The notes beneath the pieces were generated by a model. The model worked only from the letters and a program-made list of their open reading frames with translations, was not told the DNA's origin and ran no database searches. Made by a program: the position numbers and the translations under genes. DNA of 61,903 nt, counting the filler, from Platydemus manokwari (taxonomy: Eukaryota): NCBI GenBank assembly GCA_037951405.1. It is 5 parts of 5 records of this genome, joined end to end, with 100 filler letters (N's around TTAATTAATTAA, not from the genome) between each part and the next. Parts side by side here need not be neighbours in the genome. Positions count along the whole stretch, not along the records: positions 22,663 to 32,040 come from JBBMOY011257319.1; positions 32,141 to 46,567 come from JBBMOY011443644.1; 3 more parts are not named here. One strand, 5' to 3'. How positions within the stretch are numbered: position 1 is the stretch's first letter; each line of letters opens with the position of its first letter. This document shows positions 24,407-37,526 of the stretch, in pieces.

Positions 24407-27400
24407 TTACAAAACGTGTCGAATAAGACTTGAAGCAGCATCCATTCCGACACAAAATGAATTCGTCAAACTGATTGGTTCAGCTAATATATCGGCCTAA
24501 AATACATTAATAAATAATATATAAATGTTAAAAATAAACTTTGTTAGTGATGAAAATATCATTTTCATATTTTTGTGAAACTTTTAACGTTCGATGTTTG
24601 ATACCAATATCAGTACACGATAATAGCGCATTTTCTATTTTGATTATTTCATACCATGCCGGTTTCGGGGCACCTTCTGGATTATTTGACAAACAGCTCA
24701 GCTTATCGAGAACTTTTATAATTATTTCATCATCTGATAATTTGTAACAAATCTTCGATGCCAATCCAAAAATTCTCGTCTGCAAAATGGTCAATCCATC
24801 AACTTCACGCACTTCCTTAAATAAGTGACAAAAACCCCGCAGTTCTGGGTTCGGTGGAACAATGGCAAATGCTGTTTCTGATGATTGTGATGGTATTTTA
24901 TTGCGCCAAAACAAGTTTTCACCGTCATAAGCCATCTGGACAATTATAAATGTTCCAGACGACTTAATCTCATCATTGTCAACAGAGATATTCTTGACAT
25001 CATCTATATTATCCAACCAATCAAAATTGGAGGTAATTTTTGTGTAATTCAATGGAGACACAGCTAACAAGATTTTATCCGCTATAAACTCTTCATTGTT
25101 GGTCGAAATGGAAAATTTCTCTCCAACTTTATCGATAGAGTTGGCCCGGGTCATGTAGCGAATATCTACACTGGCAGTTATTTTATTGAGCAAACTATTC
25201 CAATTGTGTACAGGCTCTGCAGTGATGCCCGAAAATTGTTTATAACTGAAATTGAACATTCCTCTAGCCATTGTAGGCATATTGATTTCTCTAGAAATGG
25301 TCTCCATAGAAGCTCCGCCACACACTCGATATTCGATTTCCGACAAATAAACATTTTCCACATCGTCATTGTTAGCGAATTCTTTCGTGATTCTCAATCG
25401 GCGATAATCATTGTATAAATCTATAATAATAAATCATTGATAAAAGCCATATGGTAATAGAAACAATGGAATTCATGTTAAGACACAACAGTTCAGATTT
25501 TATTTGATATCATGATATCTATTCGCCTGATTCGTATGGATCAAGTGCAATATTATTGAGTAAATCTGATAACCGAGTATACATCTTGATCAATATTGTC
25601 TCAATCAATTCAATATCAAAAACAAATCAATAAATGAAAAAATTTCAAATATTAAAACGTTTGAATCAATATATAATCGCATAATGCACAACCGATTATC
25701 GATTTACACAATAAAATGTGACCCACAAATCAGAAGAAAAGATTCAAATTCGCCTTTTTTCATCATATAATTATTGATTGGTGCAACGTTTTTAATAAAA
25801 TATCACAAAATACTCACCAGAAAGCGACCAACCCTTGTAGGCACTGGAATCCCTGATAATGGTCGAACCTTCCATGAGATAAGCAACAAAATTATAAACC
25901 AGATTTTGATAAAACTGATCTACATCATCCGATATTATCTGACCATTCTTGTCAAATATTGTCAAATTCGTCGACACTTCTCGCATCGGAATATCGCACT
26001 GATAACATAGAATCACCGTTAATAAACAAAATTAACATTTGAAATCATTCACCTGATTGGCCATAACCGAAAATGGATTGTTAATATTTCCATATATTTC
26101 ATTGAGGCAGTCAAACGTTTTCAACTTCAAAGGGATTGCCTTACCATCCTCATCGAGCGAATTGTTCGCCTCCAGGACAGTAACATTAGCTCCTAACAAT
26201 GATAAATGCCTAGCAGCAGCTAAACCTGACAAACCAGCACCAATAACGATGACATCCTTCTACATCACATATAAACATCAATAAATGTGTTACTGTCACA
26301 CGACTGTCTCACTTTATTAGAAGAATCGAATATATTTAAAGATCCGTTTGGGAAACCATAATTGATGAAACCAAAACCACTATAAATGCGAATCATATCC
26401 GAAACGCTGTTTATTAACAAGGCTACTTTCACAAGCCCACGAATCAAAACGCATTTTGTAACAAGATTCTCATTCACAGGCCTCTATAAGAAATAATTAA
26501 CTCGATTTATAGCAATTGATTATAAATTTACTTTGGGATCAGCGGCCCATAGAAGAAGCAATAAATTTCGTAAACCAATAAAAATATTCCTTAAATTTCC
26601 CGTAAACGTTGGAAAGAAACCATATTCCCATTTATCCATACTCGTTGCATCAATTGCTCCGGCGATTGTTTGCAAATTTTGTTCCTTCAAAAATGGATTG
26701 AAAACCGTCATAAAACCTGAGAAATTATATCTATGAATCAAATACTGTCGTCCAGTCTACCTTCGCATGGCTCCTCCAAACCAAAATCCAACTTGTGTGC
26801 CGTTGGTGATATACCGATAGTATCCAAAGAATACTCATCGTAAACATTTAGATATGGCGAACTATCCAAATAGACAGTATATTTGAGTGAATCGAAAAAC
26901 GAAGCCGGGTGGTTTCGAATAAATTCAATTCTCTTAATCGAATAATAAAATGGATTGTGAGACATGAAAAATTACATGATCTTCTACAATGTTACACGGA
27001 TTTCTGTTGTGCTAAAAAAATGTTAAATTTATTTTTAAAAATTCAAAATTACTTTAAGAATCAATTTACAACAAAATTGATAAATTTCAGATGGCTTTAA
27101 ATTAACATCCCTGCTAACTTGACGCCATTTACCACATTCGCAGCACAAAAACCAATTAGGTAACAATGTGCTTGTTATATAGTCATTGATACTTGGTGTT
27201 TCATGAGATTGTGCTAGCCACGCTTCTTTCCATGAATTGATGCCTGAATTTTCATTCTCATAGGAACTAAGTTAAGTATGAAATAACGCTTTAAGTAAAA
27301 TAACTAACAAGAATGACTGAAGGTGGTTATAGCAAGCTGAACAAACATGTTCACCAGCTGATATGTGATACCATTTTGAAGAATTATCAGAACATCTAAA

Positions 27401-27550
27401 GTTATCATTTTAAATTATCCAACGATAATTACAATAATCTTACTCAGGTGTAATGAATAAACAGCAGATTGGTATTAAGTTGATACATGTGTTGTCGGAA
27501 CAATATTTTACGGTCTTTTGCTTTGTAAGTTCAACACCCTTAAAATGCAT
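24407..27550 (-). CDS. KDM1B: Lysine-specific histone demethylase 1B (LSD2)-like, multi-exon: C4H2C2 zinc finger, zf-CW, SWIRM, divergent amine oxidase domain
   Basis: ATG at 27550. Exons give CSDNTC..C, KWYHISAGEHVCSACYNH, LPNWFLCCECGKWRQV (CW finger), FIGLRNLLLLLWAADPK and GFGFINYG (SWIRM), VIVIGAGLSGLAAARHL (FAD GxGxxG), NNPFSVMA, the 289-aa ORF 24528..25397 and a last exon ADILAEPISLTNSFCVGMDAASSLIRHVL* (stop 24407-24409). Confidence 0.9.
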
Positions 27551-30500
27551 CTCACTAAAAAAACATAATTCGAAGTATAGCAAGACATTTAAATTTACTA
27601 TAGGTTAAAACAAAATATACGAGAATAATGTCAAAAATAAGTATTAAATTAACTAATTTTAATTATTTAAAATATATAAAACGTGGAGAAATATTATTAA
27701 TAAAATGAAGTTGTGTATCCGCAGAAATAAATTGAAAAATCATAAAATCTAAATATTTCATGATGACATACACCAATTTGAACAAATTTAACGTCTTATT
27801 ATGATAGAAACAAGAGATTTGTTACAAAAGTTCCATGAATGATTTTATGCAATTCTTTATAACGATCCATAGAGACCAAAAGATAAAAAATAGATTAAAC
27901 AAAATAATTTAAAATAGGTGATCCTTATATTTATCAACCATTGACTTGTAATTAACTTAATAGTAAAAACAGCTTCTTTAATTAGACTGATATTAAAACT
28001 CCGGTAGTTTAAATTGATTAAAATATTGATTAAACTCAAAAATCAAACACTAGTATTACTCATTTAAAACACTACTTTTTTAATTATGGAATTTTTAGGT
28101 TTTGCATTCGATAGTCAGAAAAATTGAACACTGCTAAATTAAAAGCGTCACTGGATGATATTAAACAACTGTCGTTTTTAATAAAATACCTTGAATTTCG
28201 CGAATTATTTTTTAAAATCGCGTACTATTTAAAAACTATAATAACAATTTAGAATATATTATCACTCTTAATTTAATAAAAATAATTGAACAAGATTTTT
28301 TAATAAAAAATTGAAAATGTTATTAATTTGTAAAGACCATGGCAACATGTGTTCTTTTACAGTAGTTTCGCATATTTTTAAAAAGCATGAATAGTTAATT
28401 ATGATTGTAGTGTACATTAATAGTATTTACCAAATTTGTTAGTATACAATTTTGAGACGGTTTTCCAATTTTAACCTTATACATCCATGTGTTAACACAG
28501 AGGAGTTTTCATCTATTGTAAACCGTGAGTTAGATGCACCAGATTACGTTAAAAAACATGATAAATAAAATATAAAGATTTTGGAAATGCACCTCACATT
28601 AAATTGAAATGAATGCATTTGATAATAATTCAGCTAATAAAAATAATTAAAACAATGCAACAACTATAGTTTTTCAGCTCAACAATTTCAAACTTTGAAA
28701 ATTTTGACTCGAAAAATATTCAACCATCTGTAAATTCAATATTTCCATTACGAGATTCTCAATGCCTGGTTATATGTAATAATAAATAGCCAGCAATTAT
28801 GTGAACCATAATATATCTTACAATTATGATATGTAATATTTTATTGCTATCCAGTGATTGGTGATCATTTGAAATTGACAAAAAATGTGGTTTATGCTAT
28901 TGCACAAACATCTTATAGTTATAGGATAAAATTGAATAAGTATTTATTCTTGAAATTTCATACTCAATCATTAAATTAATGAACGCAAGTCTATCAACAA
29001 GAGGGAATGATGAATATTATTAGAACAGCTAGTAACGCTGCATACTCAGATTTATAATTTCAAAATAACAGCTAGCACAAATTCCATAAGATCGTCAACG
29101 TAAAACATTCAAAAAAAGTAAATCAAAATTATTCAGAAAAGCAAAAGTTCCTAAAGCCAAACATCGAATCACAATTGGATCTGTACCCGAAAGATAAAAT
29201 AATGACAGAAATTACTGACCCTAAGAGACTGGCGGTGGTTGCAAAAGAATTGACTCTTTTTGTAGTGGTCGTTCATTCATTGATGTGTATAAACAAATTG
29301 TTTTAGAATATTTTCTATTAATTTTCATGTTTTCATTTAGGTAAAATATTAATGATTTTCTTTTAGAATTATTTTAAAAATATTTATCTACAGTTTTATA
29401 ATAGTTTCTCAAGTTATTTTCACATTCACTGCAGTATAAAAACATGCATAAATCAATCACAAATCTATGTAGCAGTCAAACATTTTTGAAAACGAATTTT
29501 AAGTCGATCACAACTATTTAGTAGAAATCGCGGGTTCTCGCTGTACAATTATCATTTGAAAAGTGACAAAATCACGATTAAATTAATGGGGTTTCAATAA
29601 TTTATAAATTAATTAAATGATAAATACGATTTCAACAGTTATTCAACAATTATCGATAGTTAAAAGTTACTCAAAGTAACTTGAGGAGTTCCAAATTACG
29701 TTTCCGATAACACTCATAAGCAATTAACAATAATGAAAATAATAACACATGGATTGTTAATTCAATTCAAACTGCAACAGGGAGAACATCTGGATCAACA
29801 TTATAATTTGGATCATAATATATCAATAAACGAAGATGTCAGCATAATAATAATATATCAAAAATTTCCTTCAGATGAAGAATTTTAGAGGATAATTATT
29901 TGTCGAGACATCATTAAAGTTGAAAATTTGTACTTTAATTCCACCAGTCGTATATTCTCTTGAGCAATATTGTCAATTCGTCCATATTGCTCATAGACTC
30001 ACCATCTTTGCAAGAGATTAATTGAAAGTTTCTCATATATAATCAGAATAACTGTTATGTTATTATATTGATCTCTCATCAACATAACATTTTTGTAAAT
30101 ATGTTCCAAACGAAATATAACGTCACACGGCTTAAATAGCGCATCAAGTAACAATACACATAACAATAAAACCCCCTGACTATGGATGTAGCCATGTGAG
30201 AACAATTAAGCTAATAATCCAAGAATGATTAAGAAACTTGAATTAATGGCACCAACTGATTCTCCTATAACGATGATTGATAATGTATGGAATATAAAAT
30301 GACAATTAATTGTCCAACGTATTATTGTTTAGTAATTTGCTGTTTTTATTTATTGTGTTATGACTTTGATAATGAATAATATTTAATGGTTATTTTTATT
30401 GATTGTGTTGTACTTAGTAAGGCGGTCAGAAAGGTTAATTCGACAAAATAAATAAAATAATAATTAGTAATAAAATTAAATAAATAGGATTAAATAGTTA

Positions 30501-32040
30501 TAATTAGTAATAATATAATAAATAATAAATAATGATTAGTGATTTTAATAATACAATAACTACTATTTTGGTTTCCTTTTTCCTGGTATATTACCAGTGA
30601 CATATCTACGATGTGTATTAAAACTGACAATTAATCAATGTTATATAAACCTTACTAATTGACAATATTTACTTGATATATAGTATTGGCCGATAGTTAC
30701 ATGTAGTCTTGACACGGATTTGAATTTTTTAAATACTTGAATGAATTATCTTTGTGATTTTGTTGTATTTCAGTGATTCATTTTGCGTGTATACCTTGTG
30801 TTCTATTTACAAAAAATATATTTATTATTGAAGAAATTTGTAAAAGATTTATTGATTTTTGGTAACGAAAAGACTTTGACCAAATTTTGTCTCGATTGAG
30901 TAAATCGACTAATAAAAAATGATTGACAGATGTAAATATGATAAAAGGTAATCAGAAGATTTTAATGATTGGTTAAGTAAAATAAGTCTGTAACTAATCT
31001 GATTTCAATCAGGATAAAAATTGTAGTTTAAAATTCGGTGTATCTTGTATAATACAAAAATATTTTTTTATATATTTGTAATCATGAAAAATATTTATAA
31101 ATAAATATACAAACAATAACAGGAACAATAGATCAACATAATAAATTTAATTCAATTAAATAAGTCAATTTAAGCAACTACAAGTGGTTGCTGTTGTTAT
31201 GGATTTTATTGATAGATACATCAGGCTAGTCCAATAGATACCACAACAAACCTTTAATAAAGACGGTAGCAAGATATTTAAGACAGCCAGCTTTCTATTT
31301 AGGATTTTAGGAGGCAATGGAATAGTCAAGTAAGAATAATTTTAATTCAAATTAAAATATCTACTCATCATCATGGCAATGCTTTCTCGTCTGATTGAAT
31401 TAAAATAGTCTGTTTAGGTGTGCTTCAACAACAAACTTGACAATCAATAAAATGTTGTCGAATCAGAATAAATTTTGTGCTTTCTTGTTAAATTTGTTAC
31501 ACTACCTATACAGATTTCGGACTTTTATTGGCTGATGTTCTCTTTCTTTGTCTACAACAAAGATCACAAACGCTACCCGATATAGCTCGCAACCGTTTTG
31601 TCTTTAAATGTTACTAAATGATCGATTTGTTTTAGCGTAATGCTTTTTACATAATAAAGGTAATTAAAATAATTCGTTTAGAATTTTTATATCAATTATG
31701 TAAATCGGTTTTATGTTTTAGATTTAAATAATTAAGATTTTGGGTATTGCATAAATTATTTATAATATTTAGCTTGTTTAGTAGGGTTGTTTTTATAATG
31801 ACTTTACGCCTCCATAATAATATAAATTAAATATTTTAAAAGACGAAGTATTAACAAGACTTGTCATAAGTTGATTAAAACAATGTATATTGATAAAAAT
31901 TAATTAAATAAATATTTTCTGAAGACTTCCCAATTAAACGATTACACAGATATTATTAATATTAAAATTATAAATTTGAACGTCCATGCAAGTATATCTT
32001 ATCCAAATTGTTTTTTAGATTCTATCGGATGATTATTTAT

Positions 32041-32140
32041 NNNNNNNNNNNNNNNNNNNNNNNNNNNNNNNNNNNNNNNNNNNNTTAATTAATTAANNNN
32101 NNNNNNNNNNNNNNNNNNNNNNNNNNNNNNNNNNNNNNNN
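32041..32140. other. Assembly spacer: 44 N + TTAATTAATTAA + 44 N
   Basis: Seen directly. Confidence 0.98.
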
Positions 32141-32461
32141 TATTGATTTACAATTTGAAATAATCTAGACAATATCAACTTAAGGGATAAATATTAAAAT
32201 CATAAACATACACAAGATACTAATAATATTAATATTAAGAGCTTCAAAATAAGGCCAAATGAAACAGGAAAATAAAATGTAAAAAAATTCAAATCCATTC
32301 CTCAGTATTGCTTGAATGGTTCTTTGTATTGTTGGAAAGGTTTTGTATTGAAATCTGAATGAATTTGTACAGGGAAAGATGAAGAGATATTGTTTGTGTT
32401 TGTGCTGATTATCTATTGTGTTGATGTGTTGATTATTTATTTGGTAGTACCCTCAACAATG

Positions 32462-32477
32462 TATATATATAGATATA

Positions 32478-32538
<61 letters not shown>

Positions 32539-32545
32539 GATCTAT
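32462..32545. repeat. Compound (TA)n(GT)n(GA)n microsatellite
   Basis: Seen directly. It explains the spurious LSLSLS ORF 32433..32648. Confidence 0.95.
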
Positions 32546-35500
32546 CTATCGGTGAGGTTATAAGTTCCAACACTATATTATTATTACTGCCAAAAAGGAA
32601 AATTTGAAATTCAAATAACCAATTTGTGAAAATATTTAGATTGAGCACAACTCTCGACTGTTATGCTGCACATCTAACTCCAAAAAATTATCAGAAATGA
32701 CGAAGTGTTCCTGTCAAGATTAATTGATTATTTATAAGTGGAAATAGTTAACAATCAGTAAATATGATGATCCGTTATTGATCTGAATTTGAATAGATTT
32801 AAATCAATAATATCATTTTAAAAGTCAATAAATCAAAACTAGTAAACGACTAACACACTAACAGTAATAAAATCTTTTATGATTTTGAACCACAAATGTC
32901 ACATAATGACCATCAGCTACATTGAAAAAGATGAGACAGGAGGTATGCAAAAAGATTTTAACCTTATTGTTAAATATTATTACTTTAATAAAAACAAATG
33001 CAGTCTTATTAATAATAATCCTGTTTGGTTTGCCAAATTATTTTATTACTTGATTGATTCATGGTCATACACAAACTAGTTATTGCTTGTGCTGATGATT
33101 TGGGTGCTTTATCGATATCTTTGTTTCGAGTCTCAATTTGTACCGAGATATTAGTTTTAAAACTTCTACTATCTATTGCCTTGTTAAAGGATTTTACGCC
33201 TTCTAATTTATCCAAATCATTGGCCTAAAAATATTTGCTTCGTATTTTCTCCTATTTTTTGGGTTTAGTAAACATGTTGGTATTCCGAGAAAATGACAAT
33301 GAACATCTATTGTATGGTTATGATATTGGTGTATAGTAGTAGTATTTTTTATTATTTTTTGTAAGAATAGTTTTGATGTGCAAATATTATCTTATTTTTT
33401 ATCTTGCTGTTTATTTTCTGAAGCAGAATAGTTCATGAATTTTAAACCTTTAACAAATTAATTTGGAGTTTTTAGTCGTTGAATAACAGCGTTAATAATT
33501 ATAATATTTAGTTAGAATTGAAAATAGGAAATAGTTAAGAAAATCTTTATCATAAATTAAAATATTAAGCATTTTGGTTAATGATAATAATTGTTGTTAA
33601 TTCTTTTATCATATTTTAATATGATAATAATTTAGGATAAAAAAGCTTTGTTTAATTTCTGGTTAAAATTTAGAATGAATAAATAAAATAGAATTAATTA
33701 AAATGAAAATAAGTTAATTATTTTCATTTTCTGCCTAACTACTAAAAAATCTAACTTTTAAAACCCCTATTTCTTCGAAAATTACCTGCATATAAAAATA
33801 ATACCAAACAATAAAAACCCGCACGGCAGCCAAGGCAGAGAGATAATTCTTTTGAATTGTGAGAATTCGTCACAATAAAGAATAAAAGCCACTCGCTTAT
33901 TTTATTTAGCCCGAATAAAATCCCATTGTTCACCAAAAACATATATAAGGCAGTAGAATATCATACGCATTTGCCTCAGTTATTAGTTGGAAACCACTAG
34001 AACGTTACGTGAAGTAAGGATCATTTTGTCGTCGAAGCCGTCAATCTCTCTGCAGCCGTTGTTCCAGCTTATGCCCTATTATTTTATAGGAAGAGTATTT
34101 AATAATACTATACATTCGAAGACGAGATCACCTAAGAATAGTTACTATAAAATCAATATATCCTTATTTATTTCGCATATTCTTCCTATTTATCGAGCCG
34201 ATCTAGAAAAAATCTCTGAAGAAAAGGACACTGACCCAATAGGACGAAGGGCAACTGTTTTGTCCAACATCTGCTTCTATTGAATTTGCACATCGAATTA
34301 GTCCAGTGTTTGAGTGTATATAAGTAGTGTTTGTATATTGTATTCCTTGTTATAATTGCACAGTAAAAGTAGTAATTTATAGCCCCATTATTGTATAAAA
34401 GTAGCAATTGGTGTATAATTGTAATCATAATAAACATTCATAAACCCAAGATCGAGTTGACCTGTTGAATTGTTAATAAACATATAAGTGTAAGGATAGG
34501 CCAAGCCCTAAATAAATAATAATAAATAATAATAAATTATAATAAAATAAATAAAACATTTTTTCAAACCTTCCGCCCGCAAAATCTGAAATCCAACGAT
34601 TCTAAATATAGGAATGACGATGTTCCTAAAAATGTAATTAATTAAATCCAAAATTAAATAAAATAACCAAATATAATCTAAATGGTCATGACCAAATATA
34701 GTATTAAATGTAGGAGTTGGAAGAAACACCTACAGAGCCTCCACATATAAATACCGTGATCAGAAATCAACAAGACACACCTGAAAATTATTCTTTGCAC
34801 GACGCATTATCGCAACGAAACATTACCTGCGCAAATTTAACAAGCCGAATTATATCTAACCAGAACGAAGGCATATTTCCGAAATTTAATTCTACACTAC
34901 AGAAGAAGTAATTACGAAAACGAATTAATTCCGAAGACATTGGAACCTGATTCACGAAGCTCATTTGAAGTCACACTCGTTGAAGTTTACTGAAATTTCC
35001 CGGATTATTTGCTTCAAGTAACATTTAAATTATCACCATTCATAATATTAATAATATTTAAATTTCTATAAAATCCATAACTAACTAACTGATAGCCTCA
35101 ATAATAAGTAGCAGCTATACTAGTGCCTTACTACTAATTAAAATAACCAAGTTACAGGGCTCAAGTCGCTACGGCCTCGAGCATAACAATAGTGAATAAC
35201 GAATTTTCAAGCGCCAAAATCACCCCGGGTTATTGTTGGGAGTTCATTTTGATAACTTGTAACTATTTTATCTAATTTACTTATTTTATTTGAAATCATT
35301 TTATCTGGTTTACTTATTGATAATTATTTTATCATTTTATTTGATTCTCTTATTGTTAATCTTTATAATATATCTTTGAAAATTGTTAATTGAATTGTTA
35401 ATCATTGATACTTATTAATAATCGATTCCTCACAATAAACGATATTTTCCACATTATTTTATATCTGATTGTATTTACTAGTTAATATATTATCATTTAT

Positions 35501-35561
35501 ATATTAAATAATATCTCAATTACACCCACCCTAATCGAGTCAGAAAGCAACCGAACGTTAC

Positions 35562-37294
35562 AGGTTTTACAAACTGTTTAACTCGGTGCTGCAGTTCTTG
35601 GAAGATAAAGATGATGTATTACGATCCTATTTAATTCAATCAAAAAGTGACATATCTTATTTGACAGACTTATTCCAAAAATTTAATGAAACCAATCTTC
35701 AGCTTCAAGGTGAAGTGAATTTAATAAAACAAAATTGATTATATCTGCATTTGTTGCAAAGCTATTCTTGTACAAGCAAAACATTGGACGAGGGGAAATC
35801 AGACAGTTCCCAAATTTAGCAGAAGCAGAAAGTAAAATTAAAAACATGCTATCCTATTGTGAACACTTGGATGCTTTACATTTGGATTTTAGTCAACGAT
35901 TTGATGATATTTTGAAAATGAATGTGCCAGGTTTGATTTTGGGTCCATTTTCAAGTGGAAATACAGCAGAATCTCCACAATTGCAAGAAGAATTGATGGA
36001 AGCAAGTATCAATGATGAATTGAAATTTAGATTTAAAAGCGGTTACCAAAAATTCTGGTTACAAAAGAAAATCTCTACAGCGTATCCTGAAGTATGGCCT
36101 GTAGTTAAAAAGTTCCTCATTGCATTTCCTTCATCATATCTGGTAGAGTGTGGTTTCATTGCGGTAGCCAATTGGTTAATCAAAAACAGAAACCGATTGC
36201 AGATATTCAATCGGGGTGATTTTAGGTTACTTCTGACGAAAATAGAACTCAGTGTTACAAAATTGGTAGCAGCACACCAGGTTCATCCTTCTCATTAGCA
36301 TAATTTCGAGTTTTTGTATTAAAATCTATTCTGAGTGCAATAAATATGTTCTTAGTTTCAAGATAAATTGTCTCTACCTAATTTATATATCTTTTTAATA
36401 TATTTAATGAAAAAGATAAGATTTTTTTTTATAAATTGTTACTAAAAGTTAAAAAAAAACTTGATGTGGGTTAGTTTCCTGGCGCTAAATATCAGATGTG
36501 TTCATTATTTTAATTATTCGGTCGAGTAACCCCATCAAAACCTAGAGATCACTCTTATTATTATATTAATAGAAAACTCCTAATTCCTCTTCGAAAAAAC
36601 TTAGAAAATTCCACAAAAATTCAATTACGTCCCATCTACTCTAACTTAAGAAAAAGCTCCCGACAAGTGTGTGTACTATCTTAAAAATTCGGTAGAGCAA
36701 CCCCCAAATTAAATGAAGTCTACGATTCCCAGCACACCTTTCCCATGCAAATCATTCATTCTCATCTTCAGAAAAAGATTGTCAACTTGTCTTCAAAACA
36801 CCACCCAAACTCGGCTCGGATCTCCATTGATATTAATTTTTTCTATTTTAGCCAAGGTAGAAACCATTAAGCAGTCCCGAGTACTCCCCGTATGTCCCGA
36901 AAATTTCCACCCTGCACGCATCCTAAGTACTGATCGTAGACTGCAAATGGACCCCCAAAAATTCATGCAAAATTTGTGATTTTATATTTATTCGACTCGG
37001 TCTACAATTATCAATCTGCTCATCATTTCATCAACCAAAAAATCCAAAAATCAAAAATACATTGGCAAGGGCCAAAATTGGAACTGCCGGAAACCATGGA
37101 TGTTAGATGAATTTCTATGCCACCAAACAGGAAGAAACCTATACAAAAATCATGGATCATACAAACAAAAATGATGTGAGGGATATCCCACCGCATCGAG
37201 AAGATCATATTTGTGCTTAAATAAATATTAGATTTTTTTTAAAATATTTATTCTGAAAAGGGGGTGGTTCGCCCGAAAAGTTTGGGAATCACTG
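35562..37294 (+). mobile_element. 5'-truncated hAT (Buster/Charlie, SCAND3-like) DNA transposon with intact 3' TIR
   Basis: ISYLTDLFQKFNETNLQLQG is frameshifted into ORF 35735..36298 (FW...YPEVW...LIAFPSSYLVECGF...RNRLQI..RGDFRL...HQVHPSH). The terminus aaaagtttgggaatcaCTG ends at 37294, followed by ctcTAtac, an nnnTAnnn-type target site. Confidence 0.9.
36600..37150 (+). mobile_element. LINE reverse-transcriptase relic nested in the hAT 3' region
   Basis: EKAPDK (~36650), CPENFHPARILSTDRRL (PxNYRPIxxLSTDxKL-like, in ORF 36713..36979) and FDSV (~36990, AFDSV-like) occur in the expected order. Confidence 0.5.
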
Positions 37295-37397
37295 CTCTAT
37301 ACCAACCTGCGAGGTAGCCGACACCTCGAAAATTACCAAAATGCCTATTTTGAATGAAGCCGCAGAACAGAAGAAAGAAGTAGTAACTCACATTACA

Positions 37398-37526
37398 GAC
37401 ATTTATCCGGCGTTGTAGCCACTATGTTACTGATATTTATCCGGCGTTTTAGCCACCAGGTTATTGACATTTATCCCGCGTTGTAGCCATCATGTTACTG
37501 ACATTTTATCCGGCGCTGTAGCCACC
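37398..37526. repeat. Minisatellite, ~34-bp unit x ~4
   Basis: The unit gacatttatccggcgttgtagccactatgttact starts at 37398, 37432, 37466 and 37500, then decays. Confidence 0.9.

Noticed and set aside
24208-24453. Short hydrophobic ORFs in the track (also 7157, 34186, 34508, 43367, 44447, 53724, 54321)
   Set aside because: Expected by chance in T-rich DNA, or antisense shadows of other features. No motifs.
37398-37526. CRISPR-like array
   Set aside because: Eukaryotic context, head-to-tail units without unique spacers, and no cas genes.
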